64,000 bases of DNA from Gracilinanus agilis (taxonomy: Eukaryota). The stretch lies in contig NC_058133.1 in assembly GCF_016433145.1 (NCBI RefSeq), positions 423,306,933 through 423,370,932 on the forward strand, given 5' to 3'. Below are positions 40,553 through 55,856 of the stretch, one piece after another (the first letter of the stretch is position 1; each line of letters starts with the position of its first letter). The translations under genes and the position numbers were made by a program. The notes beneath the pieces are model-generated. The model saw only the letters and a list, made by a program, of their open reading frames with translations, did no database searches and was not told where the DNA came from.

Positions 40553-42351
40553 GTAATTTGTCCTTTCAAATTTGGGGGGAACTTTTCTTTTCATAAGATG
40601 CTTTCATAAGTGACATGTGTTATAGCTTATGCATGGGCAGAATTATATTCTCAGTCCTGTAAGCTGTATCTGACCATCTTTTCAAATTTTACTCCTGAGT
40701 CCGACAAAGGATTTTTACTCATTTATAAAATCAACTTATTGAAAGTATTTAGATATTTGAGCTGCAACACTTTGTGCAAATACACACCTGAGCATGAGCT
40801 AGGAAAAGCTCAGAAAACATGAACTTAGAACATGAGCTAGGAAAAGCTTTGGATATGATTGGGTCAAATGTTTCAGCTATTGTGGTACATATGCAAAATA
40901 TATATTAAGGACTGATATAATAAAGAAGCACTCCATACAAATGTGTTCTGGAGAAAGGACTTATCCTTTCAACTAGAAGCCTTGTCTTTTTGTAACTGAG
41001 GATAGAAAACAAGCTTCTGTGGACTGATGTCTACATCATCTCAGTATGAAATAGGGTTCTGCCTTAAGCTTGTATATATTGATTTAGGTAGGACCTAGCA
41101 TAGTGAAGAACCTGAATATAAAAAGAATTCAGTTCATAGTAATTGGTTGGTTGATTGTTGTCCTTTATACTCAAAAATGCCCCCAAATGGCATCACTCTG
41201 TCAGGGTCATTGTACAGTGTATATGACTGTGGCTGATCAGACTAATACAAACTTAAAAGGCTCTGTTATAGATTGGTCACAAATAACACACAAGAACATC
41301 TGGGATGGAGATGTCTCTAAATGTGCACATCTCCCATTTCTTTTGAGCTATTGCAATTCCGCTTTGCTCATAGAGCACAGTATCTTCTTTGATGTGGGCA
41401 TGCCATGCTGGAAGGTCCCATGCCAGTGTCTCCCATGTCTCCCATCAATACCTCTAAAGTGTCTTTGATCACTTCTTCTGACATCCATGTGAATTACTGC
41501 AGTCATTGAATAAATAAATGAATGAAAGACTTGGTCTTTGTCTATTAGCTTAGTTTATTATCTGAATAAATGTAACTGTACACATCAATACTGCACTTAA
41601 TCCAATGGACTTATGACAGATAGCCTTAACCATCTAGAAAAGAATGAGAAGTATAAATTGGACAAAACTCTCTGAACTGCAAATACTCGTTGAGAAATCC
41701 ATGTACTTTACTAAGTAGGAAAGGAGGAACTACTCAGGTCTTTATTCAGTATAAAATTAGGCAGCTGATTAGAAGTCATATTTGTCAGGTCAACCAAATT
41801 CAATCAAACAGACTTTTAAAAGTAGTTACCGTATGCAAAATATTGTCTAGGAGAAGCCATAGGAAAAGGGGGAGACAGAATAGTTTTCAAAGCACAGTAG
41901 TATGGGAGCCACTTATAATTTTATTACCCCACATATCTTCTCTGTAATTTATATAGTATATATTATTATATTATATTTACTAATAAGGCATGATTATTTT
42001 AATAAAAGAATTCACAATTATAATCTTGATTATCATTAAGAAGTTAAAATATGCATATATTCACTAAACTCTGATATAGTGAAAAAGAAATATGCAATAT
42101 GTTTATTTTAAGAATGGTTAAGGTGTGGAAACTTAAGTTATGTGGAAAATTCATTGTGGAACACCTGCTTCTCCAGTGATGCAGAATACTAAGCCATTAT
42201 TGTACTCTTAATATCCTTAAACATGTTCAAGCTTTAGATGAAAATGTACAAGTCACAGCTTAAGACCATTTTGCAATCTGATACCTCAACCAGTGGTTTC
42301 AAACCCTGGTTGACTTTCTGTATGTTATGAAGTATTTCTTTAAAATTATGA

Positions 42352-42522
<171 letters not shown>

Positions 42523-42824
42523 TAAACTTCTTTACAAATACAAGATGTTTTGATGCTATTGAAGGAAAAGAAATGGAAGTTTGGTGGAAAAATAGTTACA
42601 ATGATCTTCCTTATTCTTAGATGGCCAAGACTAATGGGCACTTTTCATTAAATCTCCCTTTGGCTTTCCTAAGAAAGACTCTGTGGCTAGAACCAGTGAT
42701 GTCTATTATTGATTGCTTGATGTTTAAACAATATTGCTTTCACTAGCTTTAGGATTGTGATAAGCTGCAATTTTGAAAAATTCATTAAAAATGAAATCTT
42801 CACTTATGGATCTAATAGGAGAAG

Positions 42825-43035
42825 CAATATAGTGTGTTGGATAGAAAGCTGGCCTTACAGCCGGGAGGACCTGGATTTAAGTTGCATCCATTTGTATGAT
42901 CCATATATCTATCATTTAACCATGTCATACTCTAAGCAACTCTCCAAGATTATTAGTTGTAGAGAAGGTACTGACTTGCTTTGGAAGAAGGAATCTTCTC
43001 CCTCAGGAATTGTCTCAACTGATGAAATCACAGAT
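42825..43035 (+). mobile_element. Marsupial CORE-SINE (WALLSI-like; name tentative)
   Basis: Head gctggccttacagccgggaggacctggatttaag; body gcaactctccaagattattagttgtagagaagg..gatgaaatcacagatc. Confidence 0.6.
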
Positions 43036-43084
43036 CTAGTTACATCTATTCCCTAACTTGTTCAAAGTACTGTACTATCTATCT

Positions 43085-43560
43085 GCAATAAAAAGCTAGA
43101 AAATTGTATAATCTCTTCTGTTAAGGAGCTTTTAGTCTAATGGAGGTGCATGGCATATGGTCTACTTATAAATTAAGTATGATTCTGGATAGAATTTGAC
43201 AGTATCAAAGGAAAGCCAAAAAAAGCTCCACGAGAAATTCTCCTCCATTGAAGAGAATTGACTTTTATCTGTAGTGGTAGAAGACTTCTTGGAAAAGATG
43301 GCATGTTCAACAGAAGGAGATGGAGGGGAAGGATCTACTCCTCTCAGAGGGGAGGATTCTGTATCCAAATAATGATCAAAGGCATGGGTAGAGGAGTGGA
43401 AAGAATGAGAATAGTTGTTAGAGAGTAGACCAATTTGGCCAGAAGGTAAAGTATGTGAAGGAGAACAGTAAGAGAGAATACTAGATAGCTATATTGGAAC
43501 AAGATTGCAAGAGGCATTGAACATCAGGATCAGGAATTTTAATTTCTCTCAAAGGTTCAA
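43085..43560 (-). mobile_element. L2 LINE fragment
   Basis: ggagcttttagtctaatggagg.., purine-rich body, gaggcattgaacatcagg. Confidence 0.55.
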
Positions 43561-44915
43561 AGACCAGGAATTAAGAATATATGATCAATGGGAACTGAAT
43601 AGATTAAATTTATTCTTAAATACAATATGAATTTATATATTACAGGACATTTTACTTTAGAAATAGAGTATGTTCCAAAGCAGACTTAATATAAATAAAT
43701 CTTATGTTAACCATCAACATAGTACCAACTATAATATCTTTTTAATTATTATAGATTCTCAATAATTACTTATTTTTTGATTTATTCATAAGGCTTAAAC
43801 ATAATTCTATTCATTGAAGAGAATATTGATTTTATTTGTCCAAAGAATGAGTGATTTTTTTTAATGTTTGGAGTGTTAAAATGTGGGAATCCATGCAAAA
43901 GTAACATAGCAAAGCATTAAATGACACACTGTTTATGTTTCTTTTGTTATAACCACTGTCATTTTAGTATTAACAACACCTTTAAAAGCAATGCAATTCA
44001 AGCTACCCACTCAGTTAAAATTGGCTTTAATATTGATGCCAGAGAGAAAGAATGCATATCCTAGCTCAACAAGGAAACGTTTCTTTTTATAAATATATCA
44101 AAGAATGAAATTGTCATTGCTTGATCTAACCTGGGCACATCTCCACTCCTTTTCCTCTGTATACACTCTAGGTTTTTATAGGTTATGTCATGTCCTACCA
44201 TGCTCAAAAAGATTCTGATTATAGTTCAGTTTGGGACCAAGTATTTGTTATCTGAGAACCAATCTAGCTTAGTATGGAGAGGTCCATGGCCAATTTGTCC
44301 AAAAGGTGATGGAGGGAGAGGTTGGCCATTGAAATTCTTAAAGATAATTGAAAACTAACTTATAAAAGAGGTTGACATCTCTTTCAGTAGAGTAAGCATC
44401 TATACTAAGAGGTTTTAGATCTCTGAATTATCAAAGAATCTTGAAGATTAAATAATTATGAAAATGTTTTGCAAGAGGAAAATGAAGCTTAGAAGAAAAA
44501 TAAATTATTAGTGCTATAATGATTGCACTTTTTGCTCCTTTTAAAAAATATTAGGGTATAACATGCTTATATAGCTTAGGGTATATGAAATATGAGTTAA
44601 GTGGTAAAAATGTTATTTTTAATCTTCATTACATTATCTGTATTTTCAGAAATGTATATACAAATATGCAGATATGCAATTAAAATGCAAAATCTGATTG
44701 GGAATATCTTTCCCTTAAATTTAAAGTTTAAAATGAAAAAAAGAAAAATGAATATCTTTCCCCTAAATTAAAAAAAAATCATGAAAACCAGAAATGGGAA
44801 GATTCTAACTTATTTACATTTGATCTTCCTTTCATGAGAATCATCTACATAAGTTTCTTGGATTAATGAATGAAGATTGAAGCAAGACCAATTTTTCTTT
44901 CACTTTGTTGGCTAA

Positions 44916-45035
<120 letters not shown>

Positions 45036-45677
45036 TAAGATGGGACCCTTTGAAAGATCCATTTTTTAAAATATCCATTAAGGATATTATTCAGCTAGCC
45101 TACCATGGCTGAGGCGGTAATAAGGAGGTCTCCGTGCCATCTTCATCTTTTTAAAGCTTGTTTCTGCCAGACCTCTATAGTAGATACAGAGCTTGCTTTG
45201 ATATCAGGAAGGTCTGAATCCAAGTCCTTTTTTTTTTTTTAACACATACTAGTTATTATATATACTAGTTATGTGAAACTGGGTGAGATAATCTCATGGT
45301 GTCTTGGGCAATTCTATAGGTCTATAAACTATGGAGTAAGTGCTTATTTATCCTGAGGACACCTCCACTGATATCACTTTCTGATGCCTCAGTATAGACC
45401 CCAAGTTCTTAAAGGGTAAACCAGGTTTGACTATGAAATTGGTAGAGGGAATTTCTTCACTGGTACTCCCTCTATATTCATAATTATATGCTAGAAATCA
45501 GCTTTGGAATGGGTTTTCTTTGAAAATGGCATGGGGGTGACATTTCTTAGTCCCCCAGGCTCTACCTATAGCCTTGATAAAATCTTTAGTAGAACAATAT
45601 GCAAGATGGAGAAAAATGATAATTCATTTCAGGTCATACCATGAAAAAAGCAAATTCCACTGAACTTATAGATTATT

Positions 45678-46392
45678 TTCTTTTTAAAATTAAAAAAATT
45701 AATAACAAATTTCTACACAATTTTCCAAAAGTTATATGATCCATACTGTCTCCCTCCCTTTTCCCCTCCTTCTCCCAAAGCAGAGAAGCAATTCAATCTG
45801 GGTTATACATGTATTATCACAAAAAATATTTCCATATTATTCATTCTTATAAGCGAATAAGCTTATAAAACCAAAACCCCAAATCATATACCCACATAAA
45901 CAAGTGATAAAATCATATGTTTTTATCTACATTTGTACTCCAACAGTTCTTTCTTGGAGGTGGATAGCATTCTTTTTCATACTTTCTCAGAGTTGTCCTG
46001 GATCATTGTATTGCTGTTAGTGGCAAAGTCTATTACATTTATCTTCCTGCAGTGTTTCAGTTACTATGTACAATGTTTACCTGGCATCAGTTCATGTTGG
46101 TCTTTTCAACCCTTTCTGAAATCATCCTGTTCATCATTCCTTATAGCACAATAGTATTCCATCACCATCATATACCACAATTGGTTCAGTCATTCCCAAT
46201 TGAGGGACATCCCTTTAGTTTCCAATTCTTTGCCACCACAAAAAGGCCAACTATAAATATTTTGTGCAAACAGGTCCTTTCCCATTCTTTTTGTCTCTTT
46301 GGGATGCAGACCCAGTAGTGGTATTACTGGATCAAAAGATATGCATTCTTTTATAGCCCTTTGGGAATAAATCCACATTACCCTCTAGAATG
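45678..46392 (-). mobile_element. L1 LINE 3' end (ORF2 C-terminus plus 3' UTR)
   Basis: Minus ORF 46190-46378 (YSQRAIKECISFDPVIPLLGLHPKE) resembles the L1 ORF2p C-terminal motif FDPAIPLLG.YP; T-rich tail at 45678. Confidence 0.9.
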
Positions 46393-46504
46393 GTAGATTA
46401 TTTTCAATAATAATCACTTTTACTCTTTTGACCATTTCTAGTCCAAACTTATGAGGCAATGCATAGAATCTACCCTCCACTCCCATACTACTTTAAACTC
46501 CTTT

Positions 46505-46930
46505 TTGATGCAGGGATCACCAACATTATCAATAAACAAGCATTTATTATGTATCTACTATATGCCAAGCACTGTGATAGATGCTGGGGAAACAAAGAAA
46601 GCAAAAAAAAAAAAAAGAAAAAGAAAAGAAAAGATCTCTGTTCTCTAACCAGGAGAGGAAACATATAGATGACTGTAGCTGCAAGGTATATACAAAGTTT
46701 ATAGGAGCTAATCTAAGAAGGAAGGTATTAGCCATAGGATTGGGGATAGGGACAGGGAAATAGAGAGACCTGCAAAGGTCTAATCTGTAGAATGTGGGAT
46801 TTGAGCTGAGTCTTGAAGGGATCCAGAAGGCCAGGGTGAATAGGTAGAACATTCTGGGCTTAGGGGATAGCCAGTGGAAAGGCCTGGAGCAGGGCATGAA
46901 GGATGGGAGTGTCATGGGTGGGAGGAATGT
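46505..46930 (-). mobile_element. L2 LINE 3' fragment
   Basis: caataaacaagcatttattatgtatctactatatgccaagcactgtg (reverse L2 3' end). Confidence 0.8.
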
Positions 46931-47764
46931 ATTTTCAGAATCATGCCAGCAAAATGTTAGTGTTTTATTAACATCAATGCTAAATGTTTGGGCTTCTGTC
47001 GTTTCTGTACTGACTCTCCTCACTTAGGCCACGCTGTTGAGCTGACACCTCACCAGGGAGTAGATTTTATTCTGTGGTCTAATTGAGTCCTGAAAATTCA
47101 ACCTCTTAAGCAATGCCAACTCAAGAGTCACTGGCCACTTGCTTGACTTTTACTTAGCTGTCCTTTAAATCCTTCAGTCAGAAACTTCATAGTTACCCTT
47201 GACACTACTTTTCAGAACCATGCAGGCATGAAAGGTACTCCTGTCACCATAGAACCACGATATGGGAAAGGTCAATGATTTTTAAAATAAATATATAATA
47301 GCTACTTATTCAGGTAAGCTTGAAAAGAGAAAAACTACTAGTATGTAATCAACATCTGGTTTATTAAAATGAAAAGAATAGAAATATATCCTTGAGAAAT
47401 AACATGCTTTCCAAAATATGTGTGCTAAAATCCTCCTTTTGAAGGGATATGACTCCCCAAATTCATGATGTCATGGACCTTTTTGGCATGTGAATAAAAC
47501 CTATAGACTCTCAGAATTTTAAAATATAATTGAATGAAATGCCCAATTTCAATTAGATATTAGTGAAAAATTTTTTTCTCATCCAAGGTTGTGGACCTCT
47601 TGAAATTTATCTATAGAAAATTTGGGGTAGACCATTCTCTAATGATTTATTAAACTCAGAAGCTACCAAAAGTGGCTTGTGTTTCTAATAACCTGGAAAT
47701 AGTCCTCCTAAATAATTTCACACCTATGGTTTTGAAGATCTTTTAGGCTGAGCCTAATCTATAA

Positions 47765-48337
<573 letters not shown>

Positions 48338-48447
48338 TAGTTTGCAAACTCTAGAGAGTGTATGGGGAATAGTTTAGGCTTTTGTATTAAGCCATATGAA
48401 CTAAAAAAAAACCGAAACCTTAATCATAGAGAAATGTTCAGTTAAAC

Positions 48448-48636
48448 CAGAGGTTCTTCACCTTTTGTGGGTCATGGATCCCATTGTCATTCTGGTGAAG
48501 CATATGAACCCCTTCTTAGAATATTTTCAAATGTATAAAATAAAAGACATAGGGTTATAAAGGAAAATAATCATACTGAAAAATAAAATAAAAATATCTT
48601 TAAACCATTTCACAGACCACAGATTAAGGACCCCTA
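48448..48636. mobile_element. hAT-Charlie-type MITE
   Basis: Degenerate TIRs cagaggttcttca / attaaggaccccta; a related degenerate copy lies at about 47430-47635. Confidence 0.65.
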
Positions 48637-49879
48637 ACTAGATATTACCAGGCTTCTTATGAGTATGAGACTTACTGGGATTGGGATATTCCTTGTGACA
48701 CTTTTTAAACCCCTGCTTCTGCTATATCTTTCCTCCTATTCTACTAGGAGAATGGAAATCAAATATTTTTAGTCAGTTCAGAGGGGAGCTGGGATACTAT
48801 CCAACATCTTTTGATAATTTGTTTTCTTAAGTAGATTGCACTGCCCAAGGAAGGGACCATCCTGACTTTGTGTTATGAAAATAAAGAATATACTTTTCCT
48901 GCATCCAGTTGAAATGAAATATGGTGCCTTTGCAATGCATCCACATTTAATGAGTGCAGCTTGAAAAATTTTAATGATCATTTTATCTGGGATAATTTAT
49001 GTGTTAAGAGTTTTTGTCCAACAGCCTTGATCAGTGATAAGCACACACACACAAAATCTGTCCATATCAAAGGAAAATATTTATAAGCCTGAAAACTTCT
49101 CCTGAGGAGTCATGAGAAAACAAAGCAAAATTATTGCTGTCTTCTGAGGAAAGAGGATCTCCTAAAGAAACTATAACTCTCATTTGCATGGTGAGTATAA
49201 AGCAAGTTTTGCTTTAGAATTCTTCATACAAAATATTATTTTATTCTGCCACTCATATTCATCTCCATATTCTACATGTTCACGTTCAGTGCTATTATTT
49301 AAAAAGCCAATGTAGTATCGGCACTAATTATTGTTTGATGGTAAATGTAAAGGGTTGAGGAGGTTTAAACTTTTGCTTGATTTTTCACATGACCAAACAG
49401 GGGAAAGAGGGTTGAGTTTGGAAACAGAGGACCTGGGTTCAAATTCCACCTCTCTACTTACTGTGTGACCTTGGATATGTCCATTAACCTCTTTGGTCCT
49501 TGGTTTCCTCATCTGTAAAATAAGAGGGTTTTGAATAAGATGATATTTGAGGTCCCTTCCAACTCTAAATCTTTGTTCCTTTCCATGAAGGGCATTTGAG
49601 TGTGATCTTCCCCCACACAGGTAATAGTTGGCCAAAAGGCTCTGACATAGACTGGCAGTGAACCTTGGGCAAATCACTTAAGTTTTTCATTATTACAATA
49701 ATTTGGTAGGAGAAGTTGCTTACAGAGGTTCCCTGCACATCCACGAGATCACAGGACCAGTTGCTGTCTGTATCTCTTTTTATTTATGTAGTGGTTTTCT
49801 AAGTAATTAACTTTAAGTGGAATACTTCTAATGAAAGTGGATACTATGAATCAGTCACAGAAACCAAGAAGCTGTGTAA

Positions 49880-50565
49880 GAAGGGATCTTGGGCCAACTG
49901 CTATCATTCCTATGTGAATGAGGAGCCCTCCTTGGGTTTATATCAGTAAGTAGCTATTGAGTTTCCACTTGAAATTCTCTGGAGAAATAGAATCTGTCTA
50001 CGAAGCACTCTAATTGTGGAGAAGTTTTTGATTTTCTCCTACACTGAACCAAAATCTACATTTAATTTCTACTCAATGTACCTAATTCTGGTCTCAATGG
50101 CCAAACAGAATGAGTCCAGTCAATCTTTCACATCTCTTCAAATAATCCAAAGACAGCTATAATACTCCATCTCTCAAATCTTCTTTTTCCCAGGGAAGTC
50201 ATACTTAGTACCTTCAGCTGATTCTCCAATGCCTCCAGGTCTCTCATCATGCTGATTACCTTCTAGTGGATGTATTTCAGTTTTAACAGTTTTATTACTA
50301 AAATGTGGGTCCCAGAACTGAGTACACGTAGTCCAGATATGGTCTGACCAGGGCAGGGCACTTCAGGACTATTAATCTCCCATGTTCTGGATACCAAGAC
50401 TCTCAATGCAGCCTAAAATTGCATTAGGGTTGTATTTTTGGAGGACTACTCTGTTACATTGTTGATTCATATTGAGTTTGTAGTCCATTAAACTTCCCAA
50501 ATCTTTTCCACATAAACTCTTTTCCAGATACACCTTCCCCATTCTGTATTTGTAAAGTAGATGGA
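49880..50565 (-). mobile_element. CR1/L3 LINE 3' fragment
   Basis: Reverse of CR1 motifs (aaaatgtgggtcccagaactg, caatgcagcctaaaattgcattag, ttgattcatattgagtttgtagtcc). Confidence 0.8.
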
Positions 50566-50759
50566 AAAAAAATCCTCAAGTGTAGGGGTATAGTCCAGAT
50601 CAGATTGCTTACCATCTCTGAGAGGGAGGAGGAAACGGAGGGAGAGAGACAATTTGGATCTTATAATTTTGCAAAATATATGTTAAAATTGTTATTACAT
50701 ATAATTGGGAAAATAAAATATCTTTTTAAAAAGCAAATACAAGTGTAGAGCTTTGCTGT

Positions 50760-51355
50760 TGTCATCTTTCCTCCTAGACCCACTCCTCTTCCAAATTTCC
50801 CTTTTATTGTTGGGGGTTCAGCCTTAATTCCTCACTCTCACTCTCACTCACACCATATATTGAATCAATTGCCAATTCTCGTCATTTTAGCATCTCTCTT
50901 ATGTGTTCCTTTCTCCTTACTCGCACAGCCATTACCTTTCATCTACTTCTCATCTGGAATATTGCAAAAGTGTTCTAATAAGTTTCCTTATCTCAGTACT
51001 CTCCTTCCATAAGTGTAAAAAGGATTCTGTTTTAGTGTATGTCTGACCATGTTACTCCCTCTTCTCAGTAAATACTCCAGTAGCTTCCTGTTACACCTCT
51101 GGTCAAATATAAACTTCATTTCATTTTTAAAGCTCTTCATACCCTGACCTCTGTCTACCATGCTAGTCTTCTTGCTTCCCTCTATTCACTCTATGGTCCT
51201 GTTCTAGGACAAAGGACATCTACTCTCTGTTTATCCAAACTTACCTCATTCTCTGTGACTCGACACTGGCTGTGACTCCTCCCTAGAATACTCTTTTCCC
51301 TCAATTCTACCTCCTAGAATTTCTGGCTTCCTTCAGAATCCAAATCAAGTGCCAC
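50760..51355 (+). mobile_element. L2 LINE fragment
   Basis: ctcatctggaatattgcaa.., tctgaccatgttactcc, caaatataaac, ttttaaagctcttcat, caaatcaagtgccacc. Confidence 0.7.
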
Positions 51356-51357
51356 CT

Positions 51358-51820
51358 TTTTTATTTTTCATTTTTTGGGAAATCTTTATTTAATTAATTA
51401 ATTTAGAATAGTTTTCCCATTGTTAAAAGATTCATGTTCTTTCCCTATGCTCCCTCCATCCCCTTCCCATAGCCAATGTGCAATTCCACTGGGTTTTACA
51501 TGTGCCATTGATCAAGACCTATTTCCATATTATTGATATTTGCACTAGGGTGATCGCTTAGAGTTTACATCCTCAATCATATCCCCATTGATCCATGTGA
51601 TCAAGCAGCTGTTTTTCTTCTGTGTTTCTACTCCCACAGTTCTTCCTCTGAATGTGGATAATGTTCTTTCTCATAAGTCCCTCAGAATTGTCCTGGATCC
51701 TTGCATTGCTGTTAGTAGAGAAGTCCATTACATTCGATTGTGCCACGGTGTATCTGTCTCTGTGTACAGTGTTCTCCTGGCTCTGCTCCTTTCACTCTGC
51801 ATCAATTCATTCAGGTCTCT
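51358..51820 (-). mobile_element. Opossum-type L1 3' end
   Basis: T-rich tail, then atttagaatagttttcccat..gatcaagacctatttccatattattgat..ctttcactctgcatcaattcat. Confidence 0.85.
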
Positions 51821-53710
51821 GAAAAAGTCTCTTGTCATTTCTTATGACACAATAATATTCTACTATTAAACTCATTTGTCAAAATTTGTTCTGTTTACCA
51901 AATGTTTGGTAGCCCCTTAATTTCCAGTTCTTTGCTACTGTGCTCGCAGAATATTTTTTATACACATGAGTTCTTTTTCTTTGTAGATTTATGCCTGTAT
52001 GTAGTAAACTCTATCTTTAGGTCAAAGGTGGGTATTCAGTTAATGTGGTTGACTTATTTTGAGTGAGTTCCCTCTTCATCAGTTACAAAAGCAATAAAAC
52101 CATTCTTTTTTTTCTTCCACTTTCAGGATCCTCCTCTTCAATGCATTTGATTGTGATAAGTTTGGCTGGAGATGCTCTGCCCTTCGCCAGTTTTGGAAAT
52201 TTAAAGCACTTAATGTTCTTGAAAACTTTCTGGATCTTAATTGTCCTTTAAGCAAAGTAACTAAAGGAAGATTTTTTTACATAAGCCAGCTATTTTTCTT
52301 CTGTTTCAAAAGATTCCCTCTATCAACAAGATCATAATGCTTCCATAGTTCAGTAATGATTTTTGAGAATTGCTGTGGTCAAAAAAAAAAGTTCATCACC
52401 TTGTGGCCACCAACCTTCCAGTGATGAGTCTATAATTTAAAGCTTGCTTTCTGCTGGGAGAGCCTGAAAGAGTCCCCTTGACATCATGATCTTGGAATGA
52501 CTACATGTCAAGTATTTTTGATTCACTGGGATATTTCTGTCTTCTCTTCAAACCAAAGCTGAGAATAAATATTTTCTTTTTTGTGAAACAAATCTAACAT
52601 TAACATATTGTTGAGACTTTGGATATATATTTTTTATCTATTCTCATGACCATTGGGATGAACAGTTAAAGAGAACAAACTCCTATTATAGGAGCTTAAT
52701 AATTGGTATCAGAAAGTTAAAAACTTTGCCATCAATGATGTAACTATTTCTCTAACTTTAACCTTTGAGTACTTCAAAATGTAATCAGGTATGGATACTT
52801 GACCATTCTGCTTAGAAATTTCTGCCATTGTTTTCCATATATTGGATCAGGATATTATTTTTTTCTGCTAGTAATTCTTTTTTCATAGGGTCAAGAAGGC
52901 ACTGTTCCAGAAAGTTCATTGCAGACTCCATTAATTCTACAGGAAAGCCTTTTAATATTCTGCAGGGTGATTTTTCAATGGCTCCTAGAGTTTAAAGGTT
53001 AAACATCCTGTGATGGTCAGCCACTGTTTGAAAAGCAAAATAAAAAAAAAACTGTGTTGGTCAAATGAACACATCTGAAGTTTTCAGCAGCCAGAGGAAC
53101 CATATCTGACACCAGGAAACCAAAAAGGGAATTATATGGACTTTCCCCCTTCCCTCCTGTTTACTTTAGGTTGTAAAAATGATTGTATTTTACACAGTCG
53201 ACATGACTGAGGATATTAAACCAATGGAAGGAATCTGGTCACATGCTAAGGAAAACCAATATTCCTATACCTAAAAATTAAATATACAAAAAGAAGAAAA
53301 GGTCAGCTATAAAAAAAATCACTAAAACACCTAAGCTCCTGGTATAGTAAACGTTGAAGATATCTGATTTGAATCATCTTGGGAACATGTTCTTTTGGCC
53401 TGAAGAAAAACTGTGTGATTGTTCACAGGAAAGAGCTTTCCTGTCCAGAGGGTGAATGATTCAGTATTTTCACTTCTCAATAATGATTGGCCTCATTAAG
53501 AGACTCAGAGAGCCACCTCTTAGCTCAATAGCGATCCTGGCACACTCATAGGGACTACAAAATGGTGGCCAAAGAAGATTTCCACAATTAAACATCCAAT
53601 TGTGTCACATTTTATACTTGAAATTCTTAATGTATAATCAGAGTTTATTTGGGTATCAACACTACCTTAGTTCTGGTCCATGCATGCATTTTTTAAAAAG
53701 TCAGGGTATT

Positions 53711-53899
53711 GAGGACAGCTGGATAGCTCAGTAGATTGAGAGCCAGGTGGTGCTGGGTTCAAATCTGGTCTCAGACACTTCCATATGTGTGACTCTGGGC
53801 AAGTCATTTAATACCAATTGCCTAACCTTTACTATTCTTCTGCCTTGGAGCCAATATACAATATTGATTCTAAGATGGAAGGCAAAGGTATTTTAAAAA
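53711..53899 (+). mobile_element. SINE1_Mdo-type SINE
   Basis: gaggacagctggatagctcagtagattgagagcc..gattctaagatggaagg. Confidence 0.85.
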
Positions 53900-55709
53900 C
53901 CAGGTTATCATCATTAGGTTGAGAAAATTTGGGAAGGTCATCCTCAGTAATGTTCTAAAAATGAATACATTAAGCAATTTTTTGTGCCATGTTAATTTTC
54001 TTTCTATAATTAACACATTAGACTACACTATCCCTCTATCCACACTGCCTTTGGGTCACGTGTATATAATGGTAACTTAGGAGAATGCAACAGTGCATTC
54101 CTAATTGTAAAACTTGGATGTTTTTTATTTTTCTTTTGCACACTATTGGTTCTGCATAAGTAATACTATTCTATCAGAGAGAAAGAAAATGGGAACCATC
54201 TACATGTTTGTTGGCTCACTTGCTATCTTATATTAATAGAGCAGTGGTAGAATTTATAGCAGAAACCAAGAGTATGTCTTAGCCTGATGTCTAAATAACT
54301 TTCTTTTGAGTCAGGATTCTCATGGCTGTGATTCCTGGGTTTGTAACTAAAACATTTGGGAGAAATCAGCTTAATTGGTCTGTACCTCAGCTTTCCCTTC
54401 CCAAAAAATAGGATGATAATGCTAGCAGATGTCCTGAAGAACAAATGACTCATAAACTTAAAGAAATGCACAGTCAAAATTGAAAGAACTATTTAACTGT
54501 GTGTGTGTGGGGGGGCAGTACTTGTTAACAAGGAGGGAGTTGAAAAGTCCTTCAAGAACTTTTTGGAAGTAAAAATATTTTGTTCAAGGTTTGACGCAGC
54601 AAAATATAAATATATGTATTTAAAGGCTGTGCCTATACACCCAAATAGAGTGGTGAACTTTTGTAATCATCTATCTCACATCTCTATTATTTGTTAATTG
54701 TTTTGGTTCTCCAATTTTCTGTTCATAGGTATACTGAGCCTAAATATAATCTTGGTCATTCAGATTTGTAGGTGTTGCAACCTTAATTCATAAAAAGCAG
54801 TTGATGGAGTCTTGTGTAGGATATAGCTCTCTTGCCATTTATGGTCAGCTCAGGATTATTGAATTGCTAAAATAATGTTATTATAATAGACTCATTTAAA
54901 CCTAAACTATTTAAGAAAAGTTTGTGATTTTTTTAGCAAATTATTTCTGAGCCTCATTAACAACCTTAGAATTTCATCTATGTAACCAAATATTTTTTGG
55001 GAGTGGAGAAAAGTTGTAGGATAAAAGCATGGGGGGAACTATGAGGATCAAGGAAGAATTTAGAAATGGATGTGCCTGTAGATGTGGGCAATGATTAAAG
55101 GGATGGGAAGGTCAGGGAATCCAGTTCTCCTGTCTTAGAAAGGAAGTGTTCGTAGGGCCATGGAGCCATCCATTTTGGGGGTGGGGAAGAAGAGTAGGAC
55201 ATAGAAACACATGGTTTTGGTGGCTTTTCCATAAAGCTTCTCTTTCATCCACTGATGTACCTTTTTTTTTCTTACTCAAACCTGCTCAAAGCTTACCTTT
55301 TTATATAATAACAGGTAGACAACAGGAGTAATTTTTGTCAGCTACCACAGAGAGGCAGAGGAAGGGCTGAAAACAGCTTTGATGATATTTGAAAGGTTCT
55401 CTAGAGAAGGCCAGGAATGGCTTAGCTACTTCAGAGAATCAGAAGGGAAGGAATAGGAAAGTTTTATCTCCCTAGAGCTCAGGTAGAGGTTGTGTTTGTA
55501 TCCTTCTTGGCACAAAATATGAAATAGTAGTGACACGGAGAACACAAAAGTCTATACTTGTAATGTTCTCTTTTCTAGTATAGTGTCTGAAAGAACTCTG
55601 AATCCTTCTCTGCAATGGTGTTAGTTTAGTCCAGTTGTCATTATTGTGAATGAATTCGATGTACCAACGTATAATCCTGAAGGGAAAAAGGACTAACTGG
55701 AAAGGATAA

Positions 55710-55856
<147 letters not shown>

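Noticed and set aside
46547-47023. 158-aa minus-strand ORF
   Set aside because: Lies in a decayed L2 and crosses an A-rich tract; no protein signature.
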